From the NCBI GenBank assembly GCA_041178085.1, contig JBEGVZ010000054.1, positions 1 to 19,093 on the forward strand: 19,093 nucleotides of DNA, read 5' to 3'. Numbering within the stretch: position 1 is the stretch's first letter; each line of letters starts with the position of its first letter. The stretch comes from Pseudomonadota bacterium. Lineage in GTDB: Bacteria; Bdellovibrionota_B; Oligoflexia; Oligoflexales; RGVZ01. A model generated the notes under the pieces. That model saw nothing but the letters and a program-made list of their open reading frames with translations. It searched no databases and had not been told where the DNA came from. The translations under genes were made by a program, and so were the position numbers. Shown one piece after another: positions 1 through 8,397 of this stretch.

Positions 1-2
1 AA

Positions 3-614
3 ACCAGCTACGCAGTGGCGTGCGTAACTATTTTTGGTCTGGTCGCCCTGTTCGCTTATCCATGGCTTGCGCACTGGCGCTTTGGAGCCGATCCATTGCT
101 GGCCGGTATTTTCATGGGTACTTCGATCCACGACACATCCCAGGTCGCGGGCGCCGCCATGATTTATCAGGAAGCCTTTGGCGAACCCCTTGCCCTTCAG
201 GCGGCAACCGTGACCAAGTTGCTCCGGAACATGAGCATGGCTATCCTGATCCCGGTCATTGCCTCCCGGTTTGCAAGTGATGGTGCTTCCGCGCAGACGG
301 GCGCAAGCAAGTGGAAGCAAATCAAAGACGCGGTGCCGGGATTTGTCCTTCTTTTTCTGGTCGCCATCGTGCTCAGGACCCTGGGCGATGTTTGGATGGG
401 TAGCGACGCCCCGGTCTGGGCAAGCTTCCTCAAAGGGGCTGAGTGGGTTTCCAAGTGGGCACTTGCATCGGCGTTGGCTGGAATTGGCTTGAACACTGAT
501 TTTGCCAAGTTACGTAACCTTGGCATAAAGCCGCTTCTGGTCGGTATGGTCGCCGCCCTGGTGGTGGGCGGCGTTAGCATGTCAGTGTTGTCGCTTCTTG
601 CGAGGGGCGCTTGA
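3..614 (+). CDS. YeiH / putative sulfate exporter family membrane protein (5'-truncated by window edge)
   Basis: Frame is open from the window start. Multi-TM protein with family motifs GTSIHDTSQVAGAA, ATVTKLLRN, VPGFVLLF and LAGIGLNTDF. Confidence 0.85.
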   Translation, partial: TSYAVACVTIFGLVALFAYPWLAHWRFGADPLLAGIFMGTSIHDTSQVAGAAMIYQEAFGEPLALQAATVTKLLRNMSMAILIPVIASRFASDGASAQTGASKWKQIKDAVPGFVLLFLVAIVLRTLGDVWMGSDAPVWASFLKGAEWVSKWALASALAGIGLNTDFAKLRNLGIKPLLVGMVAALVVGGVSMSVLSLLARGA

Positions 615-1538
615 GTCGGGGCCCTGGATCACCAGCGATGCCAGGATCGACATGGCAAGTGTAAACACAATGATACCGAGCGAGGCTCCAACGGGGATGT
701 GTACAACCTTGTGGAGCATGATTTTCAGTCCGATGAAAACCAGCACAATCGATAGCCCCACCTTCAGGTAACGGAACAGATCCACCACCCGGGCAAGTGC
801 GAAATAGATCGAGCGGAGCCCCAGAATCGCAAAGATGTTCGACGTGTATACCAGGAACGGGTCGGTCGTGATGGCAAGGACCGCCGGGATAGAGTCCACG
901 GCGAAGATCAGATCTGAAATTTCGACGACAATGAGCGCCAAGAACAATGGCGTCGCCGTCCAGCGGGTGCCGCCGCGTGGCGCTTTCAATTTGACGAAAA
1001 AATGCTCGCCATGGAATTCGTGGGTCACGGGCAGGATTTTCTGGACGAACCTGACCACAGGGCCCTTGGACGGGTCGTAGTCCTCTTCTTTGTCGGTGGC
1101 TGCCTTGTAGCCGCCGTAGATAAGAATCAGGCCGAAAACGTAGGTGAGCCATTCGAACCGCTGTAAGGCCACCACGCCCGCACCAATACAAACGGCTCGC
1201 ATCAAGAGAGCGCCGAGGATGCCCCAAAAAAGGACACGATGCTGAAGGCGGGTCGGAACCCGAAATGCTGAAAAGATGAGCAGGAAGACGAACAGATTGT
1301 CTACGCTCAGTGACATCTCTACAAGGTAGCCGGTCAGGAAAGTGAGTGCCTGTTCCTTGCCCAGATTGACCCAAATCAGAGCGTTGAAACCCAGGGCCAA
1401 AAGAACCCAGAAGGTGCTCCACGCAAGGGCTTCGCGAAATTTGATCTCCCGGTCCCGTTTATGGAACAGACCAAGATCCAACGCCAGCAATCCGAGTACT
1501 GCGACTGCGAAAAGTGTGATCAGCCAATTTTTTTCCAC
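582..1538 (-). CDS. terC: TerC/Alx family integral membrane protein (probable Mn2+/metal homeostasis)
   Basis: Motifs GYLVEMSLSVDNLFVF, QHRVLFWGILGA, DLIFAVDSIPAVLAIT and SNIFAILGLRS. Start placed at GTG 1538, 7 nt after a GGAGA SD (the ORF track starts at TTG 1553). Overlaps the convergent yeiH 3' end by 33 bp. Confidence 0.92.
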   Translation of the reverse strand: MEKNWLITLFAVAVLGLLALDLGLFHKRDREIKFREALAWSTFWVLLALGFNALIWVNLGKEQALTFLTGYLVEMSLSVDNLFVFLLIFSAFRVPTRLQHRVLFWGILGALLMRAVCIGAGVVALQRFEWLTYVFGLILIYGGYKAATDKEEDYDPSKGPVVRFVQKILPVTHEFHGEHFFVKLKAPRGGTRWTATPLFLALIVVEISDLIFAVDSIPAVLAITTDPFLVYTSNIFAILGLRSIYFALARVVDLFRYLKVGLSIVLVFIGLKIMLHKVVHIPVGASLGIIVFTLAMSILASLVIQGPDSSAPRKKRQH

Positions 1539-1665
1539 AGGCAAATCTCCCAATCAGGACGGGAGGTTTTACACTAAACCCTGGCCGACAGCCGAGCGAA
1601 ATTTCAGGTTTGCACTGGCGGCCTGATTTTGTTTTTATGCGGGTTAACCATCAAGGTGGAAACGA

Positions 1666-2925
1666 ATGTCAAAACCGTTGAGCGCAAGGTTGCTCTGGAA
1701 CCGCTTCCTTTTCATGGCGGCCAGTCGCAACCTTTTGAGATCATTGCGGCGGACGCTGATCAGCCTGCTGGCCATCGCCAGCGCTGCGGCAGCCATGATT
1801 GTGTTCCAGTCGTTTGTCGACGGGGTCAAGAAGACGTTTCGTAAGAACGTCATCACTTCGAACTTTGCCCACTACCAGGTCACCAAAAAAGGTTACCGGC
1901 AGAACGACAGCGATGACCCATTTGTCTACCAGATCAAGAATTCCGGTGAGTTACGGGAGAAAATCGAGCGCGAAGTCGGTCCCCTCAGGTTTTTTGCGCA
2001 GCGCCAGCCGTTTTATGGGTTGATCAACTTCAACGACCGGTCCCTTGGGGGCATGGCGTTTGGAATCGAGGCGGCTCAGGAAAGGGATTTCCTTACCCTG
2101 GTCCAGACGAATTCTGGAAAGCACCTGGCAGATTCCGGGGATCTGTCAGTGTTTGTTGGCTACAAGCTGGCTGAAAAACTCAAGGCCAAGGACGGTGACC
2201 TGCTGACCGTGCTGGTTACTACCCAGACCGGGTCGATGAATGCCCTCGATCTGGAGATGGTCGGTACCTTCAAGTCTGGTGTGATCCAGTTGGACGAAGG
2301 AGCATTTTTCATCCACCACAAGGTGTCGGAGCAGCTGCTTAAAACAGAGGGCGCTCCGCTGTTGATGATTGGTTTCAAGGGTGACGACGAACTTGTCCAT
2401 CAAGAGAAGCTGAAGAAGCTGATTTCTGCCCATGATCCTGACATGGAACTGGTGCACTGGCGTCAACTTGCCGAGTTTTTTGATAACACGATGGGTTGGG
2501 TGAATATCCAGTTCATGGTTTTCCGGATCATCATTTTGATCATCGCCACCATAAGTATCATCACCGTGTTCATGATGGGGCTCATGGAGCGTATGGGTGA
2601 ATTTGGCACCATGCGCGCCATTGGGACACACCGGGGGTCGATCGCTTCGATGATCTTTTTCGAGTCCATCCTGCAATCGACCCTGGGCAGTGTGCTCGGC
2701 GTGGGCCTTGGGATTGTCATCCTGAAAGTCTTTATGTCGAAGGGCCTGACCATGCCGCCGCCGCCGCTCATGTCGGTGCCTTTCAAGGTTAGTTTCGAGG
2801 TACCGTGGTCAAGCATTCCGCTGACCTTGGCCATGTGCGTCCTGGTTTCCGGTGGTGCAGGTATACTGCCGGCGCTCCGGATGGCGCGCATCCGCATTAC
2901 GGAGGCACTGGGACGAAATGTCTGA
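1666..2925 (+). CDS. ABC transporter permease, FtsX/LolE/MacB-like
   Basis: RNLLRSLRRT followed by TM1, a large periplasmic domain, then three C-terminal TMs with ERMGEFGTMRAIG. Ends PALRMARIRITEAL. Confidence 0.9.
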   Translation: MSKPLSARLLWNRFLFMAASRNLLRSLRRTLISLLAIASAAAAMIVFQSFVDGVKKTFRKNVITSNFAHYQVTKKGYRQNDSDDPFVYQIKNSGELREKIEREVGPLRFFAQRQPFYGLINFNDRSLGGMAFGIEAAQERDFLTLVQTNSGKHLADSGDLSVFVGYKLAEKLKAKDGDLLTVLVTTQTGSMNALDLEMVGTFKSGVIQLDEGAFFIHHKVSEQLLKTEGAPLLMIGFKGDDELVHQEKLKKLISAHDPDMELVHWRQLAEFFDNTMGWVNIQFMVFRIIILIIATISIITVFMMGLMERMGEFGTMRAIGTHRGSIASMIFFESILQSTLGSVLGVGLGIVILKVFMSKGLTMPPPPLMSVPFKVSFEVPWSSIPLTLAMCVLVSGGAGILPALRMARIRITEALGRNV

Positions 2926-3598
2926 CATTTATGTGATCGATAATGTCATCAAGACTTATATGGTCGGGCGCGTGCCGGTCGAGGCCCTTTGCGGCCTCAA
3001 GTTGAACATCCGCAAAGGCGAGTTCGCGGCCCTGCAAGGGCCGTCCGGCAGTGGCAAGTCCACCCTCTTGAACGTGGTCGGCTTGATCGAAAAACCGACC
3101 TCCGGAACGCTTACCTTCCGCGGCATGGATGTAACCAGGGCCAACGAGCACTTGTTGACCGAACTTCGGCAGCAATACATTGGCTTCATCTTCCAGAACT
3201 TCAACCTGATCCCGGTTCTGTCGGCTCTGGAAAATGTTGAATACGCGTTGTTCCTTGAGCAGAAATTCAGCCGCAAGGAAGTCCACGACCGTGCGCGCGA
3301 GGCTGTTCGAAGCGTCGGACTGGAGCGTTTTTCGACGCACCGTCCCTCTGAGTTGAGCGGCGGGCAACGTCAGCGTGTGGCAATTGCACGCGCCTTGGTG
3401 AAGCGTCCGCAGATCATCATTGCCGATGAGCCGACCGCCAACCTCGATTCGAGGACCGCGGCTCAGATCCTGGAGCTGATGCGCGGCTTGAAAGATGAAT
3501 TCCAGACCACCATCCTGGTGGCAACCCACGACAAGACCATCGCCGATATGGCGGAACGGATCATTCGGATCAAGGACGGGAGGCTCGATGAAGGTTGA
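2918..3598 (+). CDS. ABC transporter ATP-binding protein, LolD/MacB-type
   Basis: Walker A GPSGSGKST, GFIFQNFNL, signature LSGGQRQRVAIARAL, Walker B IIIADEPT, H-loop ATHD. ATG 2918 overlaps the end of the permease gene. Confidence 0.95.
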   Translation: MSDIYVIDNVIKTYMVGRVPVEALCGLKLNIRKGEFAALQGPSGSGKSTLLNVVGLIEKPTSGTLTFRGMDVTRANEHLLTELRQQYIGFIFQNFNLIPVLSALENVEYALFLEQKFSRKEVHDRAREAVRSVGLERFSTHRPSELSGGQRQRVAIARALVKRPQIIIADEPTANLDSRTAAQILELMRGLKDEFQTTILVATHDKTIADMAERIIRIKDGRLDEG

Positions 3599-4409
3599 TG
3601 TGACGAACCCCGCGCGGGGATGTTTCGCTGCTGTGATTATTTCTGCTGGCGCTTTGCTGGCTGGTAACCAGGTTTTTGCGGCTGGCGCTGCGAAGGCGAC
3701 GGGTAAGGCTCCCGCAAAGGAGGCAGCCAAGTCAAGCACACCGCCCGCAGCGGAAGTGCTTGAGAAGGCGGAAGCCATCCGCAACCCGACGGACGATTAC
3801 TCGGTCGACGTTGAACTTCATGACAAGAAAGACGGCAAGGTTGACGTCCGCAAGTATGAGTCCTTCATCAAGGGACGGGACAAGGCCCTGGTCAAGTTTG
3901 TTGAACCGGTTTCTGAGTCCGGCACGCGCGTCCTGATGACCGGTCCGGACATGTATGTCTTTGTGCCAACATCAGCCAAGCCGGTGCGTGTTTCAGCAAA
4001 TCAGAAGCTTACTGGCAATGCAGCATATGGCGATGTCGCGCGCCTGTCGTTCGTCGGCAACTACAAGGCGGAACACAAAGGCATGGAAAAGGTGGGCGGG
4101 AAAGATGCCTATGTCCTTGACCTGAACTCGCTCCCCGGGCGCCCTGTTACGTATGACAAGATTCTCTACTGGGTCGATGCCAAGACGATGTATCCACTCA
4201 AGGCTCACTACATGACCCAGAGCGGAAAGGTCATCCGTGAGGGTACTTTTGAGGACTACGCCGATGTTTTTGGTGTCCAGAGGCCCCGGACGTTTGTCCT
4301 CAAGAATGCCCTGCGGACCGACCATGTCACGGTGCTCAAGTTCTCCAATCCGAAAAAGAAGAGCATGCCAGACCTGATGTTTGAGAAACAAAACCTGGGT
4401 CGTAATTGA
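3588..4409 (+). CDS. Outer membrane lipoprotein-sorting protein (LolA-like fold, periplasmic)
   Basis: Signal peptide (..NQVFA) and Ala/Lys/Pro linker, then ALVKFVEPVSESGTRVL, MYVFVP..PVRVS, YDKILYWVD..YPLKAHY and terminal PDLMF, typical of this family. ATG 3588 overlaps the end of the ATPase gene. Confidence 0.85.
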   Translation: MKVDVTNPARGCFAAVIISAGALLAGNQVFAAGAAKATGKAPAKEAAKSSTPPAAEVLEKAEAIRNPTDDYSVDVELHDKKDGKVDVRKYESFIKGRDKALVKFVEPVSESGTRVLMTGPDMYVFVPTSAKPVRVSANQKLTGNAAYGDVARLSFVGNYKAEHKGMEKVGGKDAYVLDLNSLPGRPVTYDKILYWVDAKTMYPLKAHYMTQSGKVIREGTFEDYADVFGVQRPRTFVLKNALRTDHVTVLKFSNPKKKSMPDLMFEKQNLGRN

Positions 4410-4416
4410 GGTCGCT

Positions 4417-5919
4417 GTGAATCCTGTTGGTTTTTCCACCCGGGTGTGTGCATTCACTGCCGCTGCGCTGTTTGTTGCTGGCGGAGTTGCCTCGACGGCC
4501 TTCGCCAAGGTGGATCTCAAAGCGCGTTTCTCGCAGACGGCCCGGTATTGGCTCGAAGACAACCGCCTGCGTCATCAGACCAGCGAATTGAATCTGCGCC
4601 AGACGGCTGATGTTCGCGAGGGGGTGACGACCGTTGTGGAGGGGCGCTTTCGATACGAGTCGGCGATTCTTCCTCCGGATGCGACGCGGTTACGGGAGTA
4701 TCCAAAGGCTGTCCAGGATGACGAGGGCTTTGAGTCCGAGGCCCGTCAGATTTACCTCGACTGGTTGACTAACGTTGCGGCGATCAAGGTTGGTGTCGTT
4801 CAGTTTGACTGGATGGACTCCCTGTCACCAAGAACCAGTGATTCCATCACCGCGTTGGATTTGCGCCACGGCGGATTCGACAGCGCCAGTCAGATCATCG
4901 AGCCCGTCTTTGCGGCGTCGGGTAATTTTTCGCTCGGTTTTGGCAGCCTGGAGATGATGGTGGTTCCTCACGGAAAGCCACACCGTTTGCCGAAGGGTGA
5001 GAATGGATACGGGTACGGGGAACGAGTCAACGGTTTACTTGGTGGTGTGAGTCAGGCACTCAAGCAGGCGGGACTGCGGGGAAACATAGATTCCCAGCGC
5101 CAGTCGCCAGGCATTCCAGCCGGCGGCAAGGATATTGAATTCGGCGGAAGGTTCCTGGCTAATGTCGAAGGCTTCGACCTGTCGTTCATTGGATGGCGTG
5201 GGCACCAGCGGACACCGACTCTGGATGTCAGTCTTTATGATTCCCCCGACGCGACCGCGACCAACCCCGACTGGATTTTGGCTGCCGCGGAGACACATGT
5301 CCGCATGAACACATATGCTGCCTTCCTTGGCTACGGTGGCGATGCTGCTGTGGTCCGGCTATTTTCAATTTACGAGCCCGGTCGTCGTCCAGCGGTTCTG
5401 GTCGAAGACGACCTGGCCTGGACTCTGCTTGGTCAATTGCCTGCAGACGAGGCATATGCAACAGGCGAACTTCTTTTCGGTGACGAAGCATACCGGCGAG
5501 GCGCAGTGCTGGACCGTACGCGCACTGGTGCCGGTTTCGATTACGTCTTTTCCAAACACTTGAAGGTGTATTCCGAAGCATATGTGACCCGCTCCCGCGT
5601 TACGGGAAATACCCTTGGTGGGCAGGGAATCGAAGACTCGTGGCGGGATCACACAGGCACCCTGCGTATCACCAATGAGTCATTCGATGATTTGTTTATG
5701 AGCTGCGACGTGACCATGACGGGGCCGGAACGTTCTTGGTTGGTGTCGCCTGACGTCACCTACGAGTGGCGAGAGGGTGCAAAATCAGCACGGGCCGGCG
5801 CAAGCTCCTGGAAAATGTCTTTCGGTGGCTGGCTGGTGCAGTCCGAGTCCGACAAGTCCTCACTGCGCATTCTGCGCGGTGCGCGACAAGTCTATGCCCG
5901 TCTGACCGCTTGGTTGTAG
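4417..5919 (+). CDS. Putative outer-membrane beta-barrel protein (DUF1302-like partner of LolA-like/ABC modules)
   Basis: GTG start after GAGG; signal peptide ending AFA. Segment ARQIYLDW..IKVGVVQFDW, many amphipathic beta-strands, and C-terminal strand RQVYARLTAWL. Confidence 0.65.
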   Translation: MNPVGFSTRVCAFTAAALFVAGGVASTAFAKVDLKARFSQTARYWLEDNRLRHQTSELNLRQTADVREGVTTVVEGRFRYESAILPPDATRLREYPKAVQDDEGFESEARQIYLDWLTNVAAIKVGVVQFDWMDSLSPRTSDSITALDLRHGGFDSASQIIEPVFAASGNFSLGFGSLEMMVVPHGKPHRLPKGENGYGYGERVNGLLGGVSQALKQAGLRGNIDSQRQSPGIPAGGKDIEFGGRFLANVEGFDLSFIGWRGHQRTPTLDVSLYDSPDATATNPDWILAAAETHVRMNTYAAFLGYGGDAAVVRLFSIYEPGRRPAVLVEDDLAWTLLGQLPADEAYATGELLFGDEAYRRGAVLDRTRTGAGFDYVFSKHLKVYSEAYVTRSRVTGNTLGGQGIEDSWRDHTGTLRITNESFDDLFMSCDVTMTGPERSWLVSPDVTYEWREGAKSARAGASSWKMSFGGWLVQSESDKSSLRILRGARQVYARLTAWL

Positions 5920-5959
5920 TGTTCTCTGAACTCTTCGAGTATCAGTCAACCATCGCACC

Positions 5960-6481
5960 TCAAGGACTTCCGCAAACGCAATAAGCCCACGTGCCACTGC
6001 AGAACATGCTGGTCCAGGTTTTCGTGTCTGCTTGGATCTGACAAGTACCTGCGCTGTTGTACCCGCAGGAATCTCCAACTTTCTTTGGGCGTCCGCAGCC
6101 AATCGGGCTCCAGAAGCTGCATTGGACGACCGGATTCTGAACCAAGCCGATCGCAGAATTATTCGCCGCGGGCGTCGGACAAGTCGATGGCGAGGATTGC
6201 GCGACAGTTGTTCGGAATGCGGCGATCTGGGTTGGTGTCAGGGAGCTGAATTTCTTTTGAACCTCAGCCTGTGGCATGTTGGGTGGAAATTCCTGCATCA
6301 TGACAGTTTTCTCGTTAGCTGTCAGAGAGGTAGGCCTGGCTGGGGCACCTGTGGCACCTGGGCGATTCGAACCCTCTCTGGTACCTGCCAAAGAGGCTTC
6401 CTTTTGCTGCGCACACCCCCAGGTTGCCATCAACGCCAATCCCACCACGTGTACGAAAGTCCACCTCTGGTAACGAAACAT
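5960..6481 (-). CDS. Cys-rich lipoprotein of unknown function (173 aa)
   Basis: ATG 6481 after AAGGGGG; lipobox-like ATWG-C at residue 23; low-complexity linker; C-terminal domain with 8 Cys ending YCVCGSP. Confidence 0.75.
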   Translation of the reverse strand: MFRYQRWTFVHVVGLALMATWGCAQQKEASLAGTREGSNRPGATGAPARPTSLTANEKTVMMQEFPPNMPQAEVQKKFSSLTPTQIAAFRTTVAQSSPSTCPTPAANNSAIGLVQNPVVQCSFWSPIGCGRPKKVGDSCGYNSAGTCQIQADTKTWTSMFCSGTWAYCVCGSP

Positions 6482-6508
6482 GATCGCACCCCCTTTTTCC
6501 GGCTGAGG

Positions 6509-6535
6509 CAATCGGCAGAAACTTGGGGAACTTTA
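6509..6535 (-). promoter_or_regulatory. Sigma-28 (FliA)-type promoter for the Cys-rich lipoprotein
   Basis: Minus strand reads TAAAGTTC-N11-GCCGATTG versus consensus TAAAGTTT-N11-GCCGATAA, with exact spacing. The -10 ends 28 nt before the ATG. Confidence 0.75.
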
Positions 6536-6537
6536 TA

Positions 6538-6700
6538 AACTGCCCCCAGCCGCTGGATACAGAGTGACCCTAAGAATCAGTAATAATTGAATAAAGTTTA
6601 TTTTTTGCAGTGATCGATGGGTGCGTTATCGCATTCCCAATCGACCCCATGGAAATTAAACGAAAAATTGGCAAGTCATGCACAGCGGATAGGGGCAGTT
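6538..6700. repeat. 18-bp imperfect inverted repeats (16/18) bounding an AT-rich 163-bp intergenic element
   Basis: Left arm 6538-6555 is AACTGCCCCCAGCCGCTG. The reverse complement of the right arm 6683-6700 is AACTGCCCCTATCCGCTG. Confidence 0.7.
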
Positions 6701-7886
6701 ACCAGGGTCGCGATGATGCGCGCCGCAACCGGTCGTTGATGGCAAAGGCAAGACCCGTGTCATTCGCGCAGGGCTCTGCAACGATGACTGAAAGAGTCTG
6801 ATCCTCGTCAAGTGTTCGCATGGCAGCAAAAAGGTTGCGGGCCGCCTCGACTTCATCCCCTTTGGCGCTCAGTGAAATGACGCGAACTGGCCGTCCAAGG
6901 GCGCTTTCGAGGAATTTTGTATGCAGGGCAGGATCCCCCGATTGCACCAGCCAACCAATCTTACGTGCCGCTGATGAGGGGCTGGTGTGGTTTACGGCAC
7001 CGTCAATTTTGCCGCGCAGCTCTGCAGCTTTTTCCGGCGATAACTTTTTGAACTGGAAGCTCGTGTTGGGTGGAAACAGGAGGAGGCGTTTCGAGGGCGC
7101 GTAATGTTGTTCGAGCTGTCCTGGCGCCTGAATGGAGGGTTTCAGGGCGTCGGTACCCTCATGCTTGATGGATGCGCGGGTTACGTGCACCTGAAGTGCT
7201 TTGCCTGGCAGAGCAAACGCAAGTGCTTCCTGCAAGGCTTCGACACTGATCCCGCCAGGGCGAAGCACTGTGATGGAGCCGTCAGGCATCAATTCGACAA
7301 TGGTGGATTCCAGACCCACCGGACATCGTCCGCCGTCCAGGACCGCAGCGATTCGCCCGTCAAGTTCTGCAATGACATGGTCAGCCGTGGTCGGGCTGAT
7401 GCGGCCAAAACGGTTGGCGCTGGGTGCTGCAAGGGGTTTGCCCAGGCGTTGCAGCAAAACCTGAGTCACGGGATGATCTGGCATACGAACACCCACCGTC
7501 GGCAGTCCGCTTGTGACCACATCGGGAATGAGATCTGATTTTGGGGCGACGATGGTGAGAGGCCCCGGCCAGAAAGCTCGAATCAGCGCGTCCATGGTAG
7601 CCTGACGGGCTGGACCGAGGCCTGCAGGGGCCAGGATTCCTGCCTCGATGAGCGCCGCACAAGATTGCCAGGCGCGCGGCACGTGCACGATAAGTGGATC
7701 AAACGAGGGGCGCTCCTTGGCAGCAAAAATGCCTGCCGCAGCGCTGGCATCAAAGGCGTTGGCTGCGAGTCCGTAAACGGTCTCGGTGGGGATCCCCACC
7801 TGTGCGCCCGCAGCGAGCAGTTCGATCGCCCGGTCGAGGCCCTGGGCGTCAGCGCTCAGTCGTTCTGTTTTGCATTGGCTGTTCAC
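6699..7886 (-). CDS. tsaC: L-threonylcarbamoyladenylate synthase, Sua5-type (YrdC domain plus SUA5 domain)
   Basis: Motifs PTETVYGL, KERPSFDPLIVH, FWPGPLT, VRMP, APSANRFG, GLESTI and LRPG; linker APGQLEQHYAP; C-terminal AARNLFAAMRTLD and AINDRLRRA. GTGA overlap with the upstream gene. Confidence 0.95.
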   Translation of the reverse strand: MNSQCKTERLSADAQGLDRAIELLAAGAQVGIPTETVYGLAANAFDASAAAGIFAAKERPSFDPLIVHVPRAWQSCAALIEAGILAPAGLGPARQATMDALIRAFWPGPLTIVAPKSDLIPDVVTSGLPTVGVRMPDHPVTQVLLQRLGKPLAAPSANRFGRISPTTADHVIAELDGRIAAVLDGGRCPVGLESTIVELMPDGSITVLRPGGISVEALQEALAFALPGKALQVHVTRASIKHEGTDALKPSIQAPGQLEQHYAPSKRLLLFPPNTSFQFKKLSPEKAAELRGKIDGAVNHTSPSSAARKIGWLVQSGDPALHTKFLESALGRPVRVISLSAKGDEVEAARNLFAAMRTLDEDQTLSVIVAEPCANDTGLAFAINDRLRRASSRPW

Positions 7887-8380
7887 GGGGCAAGTGTCCC
7901 CGATGCAACCCGGTTGATGGTGATCAGTATGCCTTCAGTGCCAAGTTTCACCGTCGAAACTTCGCCGACCAGGTCCCCGGGCTGGTCCGCTCCGCCGGCG
8001 CCGTCTGCGTCAAGGCGGGCTTTCAGCCGGAATTCATCGGGCATCACGCCCCCGGCGCCTGGCATCAATTGCATGATTTCGGGGGTGAGTGTGAAGTTAA
8101 GGAATTTTCCGCTGGCATCCTCGTTGACGTTGAACCGCGCCGCGCCAAAAGGCATCCGCATGCCGCTTTCCGCTGGTGGCAGGGCGACGAGGTAAAGTGT
8201 CCTCATGCCTTTGGCTGCCGATACCAGTTCAGGTGTAATTTCAACGGTTCCAGAGGCGTAAAGCGGAGACTTTTGGCCTGTCTGGACGGCCGTAAAAATG
8301 GCAAGGGCAACGACGATTACCCCGCTCAGAATGATCCAGGGCAAGTAAGATTTTTTCCTCGTTTGTCTTGTTTGGTTCAT
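7883..8380 (-). CDS. Membrane-anchored protein resembling the C-terminal Ig-like domain of CcmH/CycH(CcmI)
   Basis: Single N-terminal TM followed by GTVEITPEL, TLYLVA, MPFGAAR, FTLTPE and LKARLDADG..QPGDLVG, a pattern recalled from CcmI/CycH C-terminal domains. Confidence 0.6.
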   Translation of the reverse strand: MNQTRQTRKKSYLPWIILSGVIVVALAIFTAVQTGQKSPLYASGTVEITPELVSAAKGMRTLYLVALPPAESGMRMPFGAARFNVNEDASGKFLNFTLTPEIMQLMPGAGGVMPDEFRLKARLDADGAGGADQPGDLVGEVSTVKLGTEGILITINRVASGTLAP

Positions 8381-8397
8381 TTATTTTCCAGTTAAAA

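Noticed and set aside
1539..1665. yybP-ykoY (Mn2+) riboswitch expected upstream of terC
   Set aside because: No recognisable AAGGGGAGUAGC-type core on the minus strand, and the divergent gap is short. An Infernal scan would settle it.
5960..6481. RiPP precursor exported by the adjacent ABC system
   Set aside because: It has a lipoprotein signal rather than a RiPP leader, and no modifying enzymes or peptidase-ABC transporter are in the window.
6592..6618. Plus-strand sigma-28 promoter starting TAAAGTTT
   Set aside because: No GCCGAT at the 11-nt spacing (reads TGATCGAT) and no credible plus-strand gene downstream.
6538..6700. 6S RNA
   Set aside because: A closing stem and an apical hairpin exist, but the intervening strands pair poorly, and I recognise neither 6S motifs nor the usual gene context.
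6610..6801. 63-aa plus-strand ORF
   Set aside because: No SD, partly antisense to tsaC, and no protein-like features.
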